56,313 nucleotides of DNA, from NCBI GenBank assembly GCA_963575745.1, contig CAUYUJ010000097.1, forward strand, positions 62,001-118,313, given 5' to 3'. The position numbers were made by a program, and so were the translations under genes. This DNA comes from Prorocentrum cordatum (lineage: Eukaryota). This document shows, in pieces, positions 28,441 to 41,100 of the stretch (position 1 is the first letter of the stretch; the number at the start of each line of letters is the position of its first letter). The notes beneath the pieces are model-generated. The model was not told the origin of the DNA. It worked only from the letters and a program-made list of their open reading frames with translations, and ran no database searches.

Positions 28441-29489
28441 CATACTTCGAGACATCATTTCTATCCTTCCCCTGACCGTATTTTGTCGTCACTCTGGTGC
28501 TGCTGCCATGTCCCCTTGCTGCTGGACCGCTTACGTTTCAAGCTCCCTTTCCGCCTTCTCCTCTTAGTCCTTGCCCCGCTTTCCCCTCGACCCATGGAAC
28601 TACCAGTCACCTCCACCAAGCCCGTGTCCACTGATCGGTGTCCTGCGGGCCGCGCACCTTGCGAGCCTCCCACATACCGTTCGCAGAACGTGGATCCTCT
28701 TGCCACGTTACCCCACCTATACAGTCTGCCCGGTGGGTCCATATCCAGGGTCATCTTCCCAACGTCGGATTTCAGGCGGGGGCAGCGCCAGTTTGCGCGG
28801 GGAGCCGCCGCGGGGGCGTCCGCGAGCGAGACGAGAGGGGGAGAGAGAGGCCCTGCAAGCGGCCGGCTTGGGGAGCATGCGGCATGGCAGGCGGTGGCGG
28901 GGCGGAGGCCGAGGCGAGAGGGGGGCGCGGCGCAGGTGGTGTGCATCACATCCGCGCACGCACATGCGTTCCTCATCCGGCGATGTGGCACCGCCGTCGC
29001 GACAGAACAGCCTGGCATCGCTCGGGCGTGTGCGTGTTCCCCGGCGATGACCCTCGAGGAGCACATCCTGGATCCATCGAGCAAGAGAAAGCGCGCACAG
29101 AGCCGAAGAGTGCACAGGGAATGGGCGTCCGAGCGATGGCAAGACAATCAAGGGGGGCGGGGGGTGTTGGTGGGGGGGAAGGTGGTGGGGGGGTCGGCGT
29201 TCCGAAGGGGGCGAAGGAGGTGGAGGAGGAGGAGGAGTAGGAGGAGGAGGTGGAGGAGGAGGAGGAGGAGGTGGAGGAGGAGGAGGAGGTGGTGGAGGTG
29301 GTGGAGGAGGAGGGGGAGGAGGAGGGGGAGGAGGAGGAGGCGCCCAGCCGCTCGGAAGGCCCCCATTCGGCCCTCCAAGAAGGCCCCCCGGGGGGTCCAG
29401 GAGGGGCCGTCCCGAGGAGGGGGCCGAGCCCTTCTGCTGGGCCCGCTCGCCCTGCCCCCCCGGCCAAGCCCGGTGCCCTGGCCCCTCCA

Positions 29490-29645
29490 CGGAGTCCACC
29501 CTGACCGTCGGGGTCCTCCAGACGCCGAGTGGTCAGGGGTCTGACCATCGGGGTCCATCTGACCATCGGGGTCCATCTGACCATCGGGGTCCTCCATCGG
29601 AGTCTGACCATCGGGGTCCACCCTGACCGTCGGGGCCCTCCTGAC
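29490..29645. repeat. 18-bp minisatellite TCTGACCATCGGGGTCCA
   Basis: Direct reading. Confidence 0.85.
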
Positions 29646-31685
29646 AGAATCGATGCGCCCCGAGATGGATTCCCTCATCGAGTCTACAAGGAGAGTGCGT
29701 GCAATGCTCGTAGATCTACGGGCCCCGTGTACAATGAACGTCGATTCGGCGAGAAAAAAGTCCAAGTTTGGGGCAACTCGGTTTCGTGGTCGACCTCCTA
29801 ACCTCGAAGACGGTGCGGCGACCGCCCCGTGCGGTGAGTCTCGGCGGGGACCCGGGGTCCGCCCTCCGAGGACGTCTCGGGCAGGCGGGGCCCTCCGAGG
29901 CCCAAGAGCGACGAGGCGGTGTCGGGCCCGTGCGGTGGGGCCGTGGCGGAGCTCGAGGTCGCTCCGCGCGGCCCGTCCCCGCGCCGCCCCCGGGAGCCCC
30001 CCCCAGATCGCAGGCTTCTCCGGGCCGCGCTCGGCCGCGGCGGCGGCGCGCCGCGGCCTGGGGCGCGAGAGGGGCGCCCTGGTTAATACAGGGCTAGGAT
30101 CGGGATGAATCGCTCCAGAGCGTTCCGGAGCGCTCTCAGAGCGTTCGGGAACGCTCTGGAGCTGCCGCGGCGCCCAATACATCCTCCAAACCCGCCGATT
30201 CTCAGAGATTTCGAGTTATCCCGATCCGATTTTGTCCCGATCTTCGCGTCGTTTTAGCCCTGGCCCGGGTGGGGCCCAGGCTTCTCCGCGCCGACGTCGC
30301 CGATGCATCGCCGGCGTCGCCGGTGCAGCTCGGCAGCGTGGCGCGGGGCACCGACGGCGGCGGGGCGGCGCGGCGCCGATGCCTCGCGAGGCATCGGCGA
30401 TGCGGCGCGACCCCATCCGCTCGAGCCCCACCCGGCAGGCCGCCAACATTCGCCGAACACGTAAGACTCGTAAGCCGGAACTCGGGTTTGCCGGCTTTTT
30501 TTGGACGAGCGCGTCCTGGGTTTTGACGGTCCCGTTTCCGTTGGATGTCTGAGGCGGGAGCCCGTGTCAAATCTCAGATCGGGTCTCGTCATTTTTTTGA
30601 TCGCCCCCGTCAGGCCAACACGAGTCCCCTGTACCCGAGTCCTACGTCTCCCCGAAACATCGCTGTGTGCGGTGCGTGAAGCTGGGTGACCCCGACGACG
30701 CTGACGTTAGGTCGGGCCTGTCCCCCCACAGAGGGATTTGGGGCGAAACATTAAAAGATACCCCAAAATATTCCAGAATGGTAATGAAATGCTCAAGAAA
30801 TCGTCCCCTGACTTTTTTTTTGTTACTTTTTTTGAATAACCCTCCTGTAGAGGGGCCCGCCCGACCTGACGCTGGCGACGCAGCCGCCGCTGAGGAGACG
30901 ACGACGTCGAGCGCCTCCTCCAGAGCATCGCCCAGGACCTCGGCGCAGGCTCCGCAGCAGGCAGCAGCCTGGGCCCCAGGGTGGTGCCGACGTGGGCCCT
31001 CCTGCCCTCGGCCGGGCAGGTGCGAAACGCACCACGCCCCCCAGACCCCCGACGCGCGACGCGGACCCCAGAGGCCTCGACCCCTTCCATGGGACTCGTT
31101 TTCAGTCGGGCGTGCCCTCCTACAGGGGGATTTGGGGCGAAAAGTTATAAATAGTCAAACAATACCCCCACATGGCCAACAAAAATACAAAAACCAAGTC
31201 CCCAGACTATGGACTATGTTTTGATTATTTTTGGCATTTTTTTATTTAATCGCTTCGCTCATTCCGCCGGCCCATAATGCGTAATCGCTGGGGTTTGGCT
31301 GAGCGTCCGTGAGCCATGCTGCGCTGATGGGGGGGACGTTGTTTTCGGTGGTGGGTGCACCAGTCCGGTGTAGTTGGTTCGACGTTTGCGGCTGTCAGTG
31401 GTTTGTGGCGCCATCGTCTGCTCTCATGGGGCTCGCGGATGGTGGTTTGGCGCGGTCCGCCAATGGAGCCCCGCTTTCTGGATGGCGAGCGAGAAGGAGG
31501 AGGAGGAGGAGGAGGAGGGGGACATTTGGGAGCCAAGTTTGGTCGTGGACAAGACGCGTTTTTTAGAGGCCGTTTGGGGTCTCTTGGGAAGCCTCTCGAG
31601 GGCCTCTTGGCAGTATTTCTAGAGCCTCCTGGGGCCTCCTGGGGGCCTCTTGGGGCCTGATGGGGGCCTTTTGGGGCCTCTCGGG

Positions 31686-32432
31686 GGCCTCTTGGGGGCG
31701 TTATGAGGTCTCCTGGGGACGTCTTGCGGCTTAGAGCGCGAAATGTCCGTTCCGGTCCCCCGTCGGGGCCCGGTCTTGGAGCCGTCTTGGGGCATCTTGG
31801 GCCATCTTGGAGGTTTCTGGGGGTCTCTTAGGGCTCTCTGGGGTCGTTTCGGAACGGTCTTGAACCCTCGTAGGCCGTATTGGGGCGATATTGAGGGCTT
31901 TTTGGGCCGTCTTGGAGCGCTAGGAAGCCGAAGAGGCGAGAACGCCAAAATCTTCAAAAAAGCAATGAAAATCATCAATTTTGGCTTGTTGGGGGCCTCT
32001 TGGGAGGTCTCTTGGACGCATCTTGGGGCGTCTTGGGAGCATCTTGGGCCGTCTTGAGGCCTCTTGGGGGCGTTATGAGGTCTCCTGGGGACGTCTTGCG
32101 GCTTAGAGCGCGAAATGTCCATTCCGGTCCCCCGTCGGGGCCCGGTCTTGCAGCCGTCTTGGGGGCATCTTGGGCCATCTTGGAGGGTTCTGCGGGTCCC
32201 TTAGGGCCCTCTGGGGTCGTTTCGGAACGGTCTTGAACCGTCGTAGGCCGTATGGGGGCGATATTGAGGGCTTTTGGGGCCGTCTTGGAGCGCTAGGAAG
32301 CCGAAGAGGCGAGAACGCCAAAATCCTAAAATAAACCAATGAAAATCATCAATTTTGGCTTGTTGGGGGCCTCTTGGGAGGTCTCTTGGACGCATCTTGG
32401 GGCGTCTTGGGAGCATCTTGGGCCGTCTTGAG
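31686..32432. repeat. 372-bp tandem duplication within a GGCCTCTTGG-rich interspersed repeat
   Basis: ttatgagg at 31701 and 32073, with the following sequence repeated. Confidence 0.8.
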
Positions 32433-33689
32433 GCCATCTGGGCCGTCTTGGGGCGCTCTTGGCTTCAGGCTGCTGGGCCTGCCACATTTTTGGCGTCTCC
32501 TTGGAGCGCTCCTGGAGCGCTCCAGAGGCCTCCAGGGCCGCGCCCAGGAAGTCCGGCATCTCTGGCCCCCACCCTGCCGGGGAGCTGCCGGGGTACTTTC
32601 CGCCCGGGGACTCCTAGGGGCCGCCCTGCGCGCGCGAACAAGAAATATTGTTTACCTGTTACCGGAGATCTTAGCACGCCCTGGCCCGTTGGGCCGGCGA
32701 ATTTCTCGTCGAAGCTCTCCCTGTAGGGGGACACGCCCGACTTAGAACTTGTTATTCATCCCGAGCCGGTGTCCGAAGGTCCCGAGGCCCGATGAGGGAG
32801 GGCCCTCGGAGGCTACACGCTGCCAAGCACGTTCCGCCCAGGTGGCTGTCACGATGGGAAGAGGCTCGGGAGGTGGCCCTGGCGAGGCACGTCGGCGGTA
32901 TACACAGCCGACGCGCACGGTAAGGATGAGTGACAGTCCCAATGGTTCGGCCCAGCTTTAGCCAGTCCTTGGCTCAGACAGCCTCAACTCGGGCATCCAA
33001 GACTTTCGAGGGGCTTGCATGCCTACCGCGCATCCCTTCCGCGACCAACTGCGAACACTGCTCGCCCCTGCGGGCCCATCCTTCAGGAACCCGGCATGCA
33101 GGGGTGCGGCTCGCAGGTGCTTGCTTGAAGGACCACCATGAACTCGGGAGGGGCTCAAGTTCTGGGGCCACTCCGAAGGTCTAGGCCGCGGAGCCTTTTC
33201 GCGGCCGAGGCTCGCCGTGGCCAGAAAAGCCACATTGTTCCTTGTTCCGCGTTCTTTACGGTATCACGATGACTGTCCCGCGCACCTTCCCTGAGATCCG
33301 ACGTTGCGAAACAATGTAGCAGCGCGAAACATCACGACAGGAGCCCCAGACCCCGTCTTCCTGCGGCACGTTCCGTGCCGGATCTATCGGCGATGGCCCC
33401 AGGGCACGGGCACTGGGCGAAGGCGGCGCGAAAAGTTTGCAACGCCCAGATCTCGGGCCTCGTCGCACGCGTCGGCTGTGGTTAGCCGACGGTTCGGCGT
33501 GGAGGAGCAGGAGGAGGAGCAGGAGGAGGAGGAGGAGGAGGAGGCTTCAGCACGTGTGTTAGCCCGAGCGGTTCGGGTCCGCCGACGGCGCGCAGCCGGC
33601 GCCGGCCCTCGCTGCGCCGCCTGCGTCGTATTTTGAAGGGCCTCGGTGGACTGACACACGTTGGCGCTAACACACTCAGCCACGCGCAG

Positions 33690-33810
33690 GGGAGGGGGGA
33701 GGGCTTCTTAGAGGCACCCCTGCTTCTTAGAAGGCGCGGGCCTTGTCTATAGATGCAAGGCCGGCGCCTTCTAAGAGGCAGGCTCCTTCTGAGAAGCCCT
33801 CCCCCCTCCC
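33690..33810. mobile_element. ~120-bp foldback/MITE
   Basis: Arms gggagggggagggcttct...cttagaaggcgc and gcgccttctaag...agaagccctcccccctccc flank a central TCTATAGA. Confidence 0.7.
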
Positions 33811-35179
33811 TCCACCCCCTTATGCTCGCCGCCAACACACGTTCCTAGGATCATCGAGGCAGGGCCAGGCCCGCCTCGATCCGATATCGATCCGGCCCCG
33901 ACGTCGACGTCGGTGGCCTCGCTTCGATGTCCATCGGTGCGATGCGACTTCGAGGGGCGATCGGTTCGATTCCCGATCGATCCGATCGATCCCCCGTCGA
34001 TCCGATCCTCGATGTGGGCGCCTCCCGCGCGAGAGGCGGCCGCGCGCTCCGCTACGGCCCCGGCCCGGTCGCGGACCTGGCCCGCGCGCTGCCGCTCGCG
34101 GGCGGCCTCGCGCCCGCCGCGCTGCGCGGCGCGGTGGAGCGGCGCGCCGCGGCGCTTTCCTCCGACGGCAGGGAAAGTGCTAAAACGACGCGAAGATCGG
34201 GACAGAATCGGATCGGGATAACTCGAAATCTCTGAGGATCGGCGGGTTTGGAGGATGTCTTGGGCGCCGCGGCCGCTCCAGAGCGTTCCGGAACGCTCTG
34301 AGAGCGCTCCGGAACGCTCTGGAGCGATTTATCCCGATCCTAGCCCTGTTTTCAGTGCCCGGGCGAGGCTCAAGTCGGTATCGTTTCACCGCCACCCGTC
34401 CCCATCGAGGGCCCCACCATCTCAGCACCCGAGTGGGAGACATGCCCCTCGAAGCCCGAGAGGAACAGCTTGTAGCCCCATCACTGGGGGGTACATCGGC
34501 CAGGGGGGCCCAGGCCACGCCCATAGGGAGAGGGGTCGGTTGCGCGATGTTCAGTCGAGGCCCAAGGGGGGGCGCATCGACCCCCAAGCGCCCGTTGATC
34601 ACCGATAGGGGCCCGATAGGCCCACCCCGCCCAGGAACGTGCGGAGTCGCCATCGGGGGGGCCCATCGCCGATCTAGCGGCGAAGTATCGGCCGTTTGCA
34701 GGTCGACGCTTCCTCCCCTGAGCGGGTCCCCTCCTGACGCTGGTCCTCATCGAGAGTTGTTCTGGCTTCGGGTTGCGCACAGAGCCCCCCGAGGTGGTCC
34801 CGGCTGGCCTCAACGGGCCCCTCGAGTAGCCTGGGGCGGCCTCACCACCATGGCGGCGCCCCTGGGGCGCTCCGTTGAGATGAGACCGCCCCACACTACT
34901 CGAGGTGCCTGTTGGGGCCAATTGGGACTACCTGGGGGGGGGGAGGACGTCTGCGCGCACCCCGAAGCGTTGGAGGGTTGAGGTTTGCCCGGAATGGTCG
35001 AAGTAGTTATTGAAAGAGTGGTGACGAAGGCCGACAGCAGTTTTTGTCCGTTCTGAACAGGGCTCGCTGGCGTTGCTGTGGACGTTTGCCCACTTGAGAC
35101 GGAGGGTCGCCTGCCAAACATCGGCCGCTGACGGCGGGGCATCGTGCCCATGTTTGCCGGTGCCCATCCGATGCTTGGG

Positions 35180-35206
35180 CATTGTCTCAAGACGTTTTGG
35201 CTCCAG
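35180..35206 (+). other. Tandem relict spliced leaders in the 5'UTR (also at 37641-37667)
   Basis: CATTGTCTCAAG then ACGTTTTGGCTCCAG, compared with the relict unit CCATTTTGGCTCAAG. Confidence 0.55.
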
Positions 35207-35287
35207 CTGGGCCTTCGCAATCCGAAACACACCCGCGCATTCTGCGCACGTCCTACAAAACTGCCGGTCGGCGCGCCTGTCTCGCAG

Positions 35288-36673
35288 ATGGCCCGACTTT
35301 TGGGGATCGCCAGCCTCGTCGGGGCACGCGGCGCCACCGGCCTGAGCGCGGCCCCACAGCTCACCGCTTCCAGCATGATGCAATTTGGAGCAGCGGTGGA
35401 CAAGAGCAGCGCCTCGCAGCAGGCAGCGGCGGCGTTCGCGGAGCGCCGAACCACTACATACATCGACCTGACCTCACAAACCGTGTGGAAAAATTCTGGT
35501 TACCACTCCACCTTCAACCAAAACGGCACTATGACGCTGGGAACGGAATCGAACACGTGGCCCATGTGGGCCCCAAAGACATCCGCCCTCAATCTCCCAG
35601 ACCCATCGTGTACTTGGACCTTGGAGGTTGGTTTCCACATCACCAGCTATTCGGAATTTAAATATATGTCGATTGGTTTCGGCGACGATGCTGCCATCAA
35701 AGACAAGACGTGGCATGGAGGCAATTACATTGTCTTTCAAGAGTGGAGTCAACAGGAGGGCACAGCTAGGGACGGTTTACGGTCTGAGGGCAGCGAGACC
35801 AATTGGAATCAGATGAGCCTCGGCGAATTCTTTGGAAATCCGAGCTCCAAAAAATACATCCGAATATCTTACCGCGCCGACAGAAAGATCGATTTCCAGA
35901 TCTTGTCTGCGGACAGATCTCATGTGCTTTTCAGCAGAGTCTATTGGGTCCCCGATAATGTGGGCTGGCCAGAGAACGTACTTGATGAGGACCGGTCTCT
36001 TGTGCAGTTTACGGTGGGGCGAGGGGTGACCACGTGGTCGGAACTAAGCGTAGAGCACAGCGGCACTTGCCCGAGCCCGCCAACGCCAGCTCCGACGCCA
36101 GCCGCGACTTCGGAGCCAACGCCACCTCCAGCGGGTGGGGCAGGTGCTGGAGCTTCTGCCGTTGGCGACCCTCACTTGCAAAACATCCATGGCGAGCGGT
36201 TCGACCTGATGAAGGCAGGCAAGCATGTTCTGTTAAATATCCCCCGTGGAACGGGTGCTGAGAGCTCCTTGCTTCGTGTGCAGGCCGACGCGCGTCGATT
36301 GGGTGGACATTGCGCGGACATATATTTCCAGGAGCTCAACGTTACTGGGTCTTGGGCATATGCCGAGCAAGCCGGAGGGTATCACTACAGCGTATCGCAA
36401 CGCGACATCAAGACTCCAGGGTGGGCCACTATTGGCAAGGTCGAGCTGAAAGTCGTTCGTGGACATACGGACAGTGGTCTGCAGTACTTGAATATGCACG
36501 TGAAGCATTTGGGTCGAGCGGGATTCGCAGTCGGAGGTCTTCTGGGCGAGGACGACCACGACGACGTGAGCACCGTTCCTGACGATTGCGCTCAGCATTT
36601 GTCCCTAGCAGCGGGGACGCGCAGCGATGGGAGCCCAGCTGTGGCTTCCGTTGCGGTGGCATCCCTTGCATGA
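35288..36673 (+). CDS. Intronless, probably secreted 461-aa protein: beta-rich N-domain, Pro/Thr linker, GDPH (VWD/ITIH-C-like) domain
   Basis: Part of ORF 35144..36673. Signal-peptide-like MARLLGIASLVGA, then PSPPTPAPTP linker, GDPH at 36164-36175 and VGGLLGEDDH. Confidence 0.8.
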   Translation: MARLLGIASLVGARGATGLSAAPQLTASSMMQFGAAVDKSSASQQAAAAFAERRTTTYIDLTSQTVWKNSGYHSTFNQNGTMTLGTESNTWPMWAPKTSALNLPDPSCTWTLEVGFHITSYSEFKYMSIGFGDDAAIKDKTWHGGNYIVFQEWSQQEGTARDGLRSEGSETNWNQMSLGEFFGNPSSKKYIRISYRADRKIDFQILSADRSHVLFSRVYWVPDNVGWPENVLDEDRSLVQFTVGRGVTTWSELSVEHSGTCPSPPTPAPTPAATSEPTPPPAGGAGAGASAVGDPHLQNIHGERFDLMKAGKHVLLNIPRGTGAESSLLRVQADARRLGGHCADIYFQELNVTGSWAYAEQAGGYHYSVSQRDIKTPGWATIGKVELKVVRGHTDSGLQYLNMHVKHLGRAGFAVGGLLGEDDHDDVSTVPDDCAQHLSLAAGTRSDGSPAVASVAVASLA

Positions 36674-37748
36674 TGGAGCCCGTTTGATTGGTTTAGACAG
36701 CTTGTTCCGGCCTCGGCCGCCAGCTGGGCGTGCCACTGTCCATTTCTGCGTTCAGGAAAAAATGCCCGTGCCCAGTTCGAGGGGCATGCCAATTGTTGCC
36801 GCTGTTTCCTATATTTGTTCACGCCTCCACGGGGGCCCTCGCCACCACGGCCAGGCCCCCCTCCAGATGATGGGCAGAAGCCCTTCCAGGAGAGCCGATG
36901 TTTGAGGGCAGACCCCCTCGCACCCCAGTGGGGGACATGCCCCTAGAAGCCCGACATCGGCCAGGGGGGCCCAGGCCACGCCCATAGGGAGAGGGGTCGG
37001 TTGCGCGATGTTCAGTCGAGGCCCAAGGGGGGGCGCATCGACCCCCAAGCGCCCGTTGATCACCGATAGGGGCCCGATAGGCCCACCCCGCCCAGGAACG
37101 TGCGGAGTCGCCATCGGGGGGGCCCATCGCCGATCTAGCGGCGATGTATCGGCCGTTTGCAGGTCGACGCTTCCTCCCCTGAGCGGGTCCCCTCCTGACG
37201 CTGGCCCTCATCGAGAGTTGTTCTGGCTTCGGGTTGCGCACGGAGCCCCCCGAGGTGGTCCCGGCTGGCCTCAACGGGCCCCTCGAGTAGCCTGGGGCGG
37301 CCTCACCACCATGGCGGCGCCCCTTGGGCGCTCCGTTGAGATGAGACCGCCCCACACTACTCGAGGTGCCTGTTGGGGCCAATTGGGACTACCTGGGGGG
37401 GGGGAGGACGTCTGCGCGCACCCCGAAGCGTTGGAGGGTTGAGGTTTGCCCGGAATGGTCGAAGTAGTTATTGAAAGAGTGGTGACGAAGGCCGACAGCA
37501 GTTTTTGTCCGTTCTGAACAGGGCTCGCTGGCGTTGCTGTGGACGTTTGCCCACTTGAGACGGAGGGTCGCCTGCCAAACATCGGCCGCTGACGGCGGGG
37601 CATCGTGCCCATGTTTGCCGGTGCCCATCCGATGCTTGGGCATTGTCTCAAGACGTTTTGGCTCCAGCTGGGCCTTCGCAATCCGAAACACACCCGCGCA
37701 TTCTGCGCACGTCCTACAAAACTGCCGGTCGGCGCGCCTGTCTCGCAG

Positions 37749-38118
37749 ATGGTCCGACTTTTGGGGATCGCCAGCCTCGTCGGGGCACGCGGCGCCACCG
37801 GCCTGAGCGCGGCCCCACAGCTCACCGCTTCCAGCATGATGCAATTTGGAGCAGCGGTGGACAAGAGCAGCGCCTCGCAGCAGGCAGCGGCGGCGTTCGC
37901 GGAGCGCCGAACCACTACATACATCGACCTGACCTCACAAACCGTGTGGAAAAATTCTGGTTACCACTCCACCTTCAACCAAAACGGCACTATGACGCTG
38001 GGAACGGAATCGAACACGTGGCCCATGTGGGCCCCAAAGACATCCGCCCTCAATCTCCCAGACCCATCGTGTACTTGGACCTTGGAGGTTGGTTTCCACA
38101 TCACCAGCTATTCGGAAT
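37749..38118 (+). pseudogene. Second copy of the GDPH-domain gene retaining only its 5' part (3' end lost)
   Basis: Near-identical to 35288-35657, cut off by the TIR at 38118. Confidence 0.85.
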
Positions 38119-41100
38119 ATACATATAACGGCGCACCGGGTCCTGGGGCCCGGGCCGGGACCTCGACCACAAATGTGGGCCCCGGGGCTCATTTTCCCTG
38201 TGATTTTACAGGGTTTCGGCGTCAAGGAGGGTCCAAGAGGCTCCAGAACAGACACCGGACGCCCGAAGGTCGCTCTTAGACGCTTAACATGGCCTCGAAG
38301 ACATTTTCAGAAGTCCCCAAGACACTCCAAGCGACCCCCAATAGGGCCCCCAATACAATTCCAAGCGGCCAAAATAGCATCATTCTGTTTGTAAAACGTA
38401 GTTTGTTTTCGCTGTCGGTACGGCCCACGAAGGGCCCAAGACGTTCGCAAACGTGGGCTCCGGGGATCTCGGGGAGCCCGAAAGCCGAGAGAGAGAGAGA
38501 GAGAGACCGAGGCACACCGAGAGAGAGAGAGAGAGAAAGCAATCAACAAAAAGAGAGACGAATAGAAGCCACGATGCCTCTTAGGAGTGGTCCTATCGGG
38601 CCTACAGAGCTCGTCGTTGAGCCTCCGGGAGCCCTCTCGGCACGGAAGGCTTGCGTTTCCGGCTTGCGGCGCCGTCTTCGGGAACGTTTCTGGCCGTCTT
38701 GGGCATTTTTTTAGGCCGCCCTGGGGCCTCTTGGGCCTCTGGAGCGATAAGTCCCACGCGCTTCAAAACCACTCGAGTTTCAACGGGTTCTATGTTTGTG
38801 GCCTCCTGGAGGCCTCTTGTGGCGGCGCTGGCTTTCTCGAGGCAGGAAGCTTGAATATGCGGCTTGCCGTTTCTTTGGTGGGGCTCGTCTCTTGGGGCCG
38901 TTTTGCCGCAGTCTTCGGCAGGAGGAGGAGGAGGAGAGGCAGGAGGAGGAGGAAGAGGGGAAGATGAGCAGCAGATATGTAGTAGGATGAGGAGGATGAT
39001 GAGGACGAGAAGGAGGAGGAGTAGGAGGAGGAGGAGGGCGGCTTGGAAGTTCTCTTGGGACGCCTCGGGGCCTTCTTCGCGGGGGGGATCTTCGGCCGTT
39101 TGGTAGTCGTCCTGGGGATTCTCCGAGCCGTTGTGGAGCGTCGGGGGGCCGAACCGGCGAGGTGTCCCAATTCGTTCAAGAAGCAAATGGAAACGAATAG
39201 TTCGCGTTTTCCTGGGCTCTTCTTGGAAAGGCCTCGCAACGCAGGGTTGGACCGCTTCGGCTTGTTGGTTACCCAGCCATATTCATTGAGACTCGTAGCT
39301 CTGTTCGTGGTATGTGTCGCGGGCCTTTATTCTGGCAGTCAGCTGGCTTGCGACCGTTGCCTCTTCTCGCAGGCGTGGCCTGGTATATCTGGGCAGCAGA
39401 GTCTTCATTTCAGCCTGCTGGACCGCCCGTCGCTCATCGGCAAAAATGACTCGGGAGCTGGCGGGCGTGGCAGACAGATCGGGCATATTGTGCGGGCAGC
39501 AACGCCTCGCTGAATGCCAGCGTGGTAGGGAACTTAATCCTTTTAAAGTGGCGCCGCCAGAGGTCCTGCGTGGTGGCCGCGCAAACATGCCCAGTCGTCC
39601 CTATTGTTCCCCCCCCCAACAAAAACAAAACACGGCCCAAAGGGGCTTCAATCAAGAAACGGAAATGATGGAGGCTATAGTTTAATACGTGGCTGGCTCA
39701 GGCCCCGACGAGGACAAGACCATCACAGGGTCGATTGCACGTCCTAGGGGTGCGATTCAGCATGCTGAGTCTGCACGTCGCTGTATCCCCAGCCAGCACA
39801 CGCTGTGACTGGCCAGCGTGTCCTGCGATTGTTTGTCTTGGCCAACGCAGGCCGCGACGGAGAGCCGATCCATGGTCGATTGCATGTGCTAGGGGTGTGT
39901 TTCTGCATGCTGCTTTTCGTGTCTCACTGGACCCGTGTCACTATATAAAGAGCCCTTGAAACAGAGTAGGCGTGGCACGCGAGACATGTGCAGGTCCTTG
40001 AGCATTTTTTTGGTAGACCATGTGCGGCTCAGGGTGGGGAAAAAAAAACTGCCCAAGAGGCTCCCAAGAGGGCTCCAAGATAGCCCAGGAGCGCTCCCAG
40101 ACGGCCCAAAGGGTCCCCAAGACGGCGCAAGAGGCTCGCAAAACGTCACAACAAAGCGCCATAAGAATCCGAAGACGTTCAAGGAGGGACCCGAGACGCC
40201 AAGAGTCCGCTCTAAGACGCCCAAGGTAGCCCCGAGACGGCCCAAAAAGCTTCAAGATGCCCACGGAGGCTTCAAGACGCTCCCCAGTAGGGCCCCAAGA
40301 GGGCATAAAGACACCAATTTTATTAATTGGCCGATTGGTTTTTATTAGTTTTTGGGGGTTCCCGCCTTTTCGGCTTGACGTTGCTCCACGACGGCTCCGA
40401 ATATCGCACCAAGGCAGCCAAAGAGGCTCACAAGACAGATCCAAAACACGCCAGGAGCGCCCCAACACGGCTTGAAGGGACCCCAAGACGGCCCAAGAAG
40501 CCCCCAGGACAGTTCCAAGAAGGGGGCCAGAGGGGGCATTGGAACGGAAGTCTCCGTCCCTGGAGGTCCCCAGGAGGCCTTGAGAAGCACCCAGGAGGCG
40601 CCCAAGAAGCGCCGAAGAGGCCCCCAAGACGCCCCCATGAAGCTCCGAAACGCCCCCTAGAGCCTAGAGCTTGCTTCCCGGACGCCCCGAAGCACCCCTG
40701 GCGATCCTGAGGGAGCCCCAGGGAACAGAAGTCGCTCCTCTCCGTTCGGAAGTCCACATGCAGGAGCTCCGAAAAATCGCCTCTTGAATGCCTCTTGGGC
40801 CGCCCTTCGCGCGCTCTTGGGGGCAACTTGTGTTTTTTTTGGGGGGGCCCTCTTGGAGACCGCTGGGGCCTCTTCGTCGGCAAGCGTTCGACTCCAAGAT
40901 ATGTGGAGCATGAGCACGCGCGAAGCGCGCGATGGTTCTAGCACCGATTGATGGTTGTCTTCTATATCGGTTATGCCCTTGACCGTCAACAGGGATGAGA
41001 TGATGTGTTTCTATGGTGTTCTTCAGGACGGGCAATGCCCCAGACCCTTCAAGGGGAGGCCTGGTGGTGCCTCGTTGTCAGTGTTCTGCCAGTGGTTGCA

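Larger units (their letters stand above)
30089..34348. mobile_element. Non-autonomous DNA transposon with ~170-bp TIRs starting CAGGGCTAGG (hAT-like terminus)
   Basis: 30089-30258 and 34179-34348 are near-perfect inverted repeats. No transposase ORF and no intact TSD. Contains nested repeats. Confidence 0.8.
34493..38118 (+). repeat. Tandem gene duplication, 2461-bp period
   Basis: 34493-35657 and 36954-38118 are nearly identical. Confidence 0.9.
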
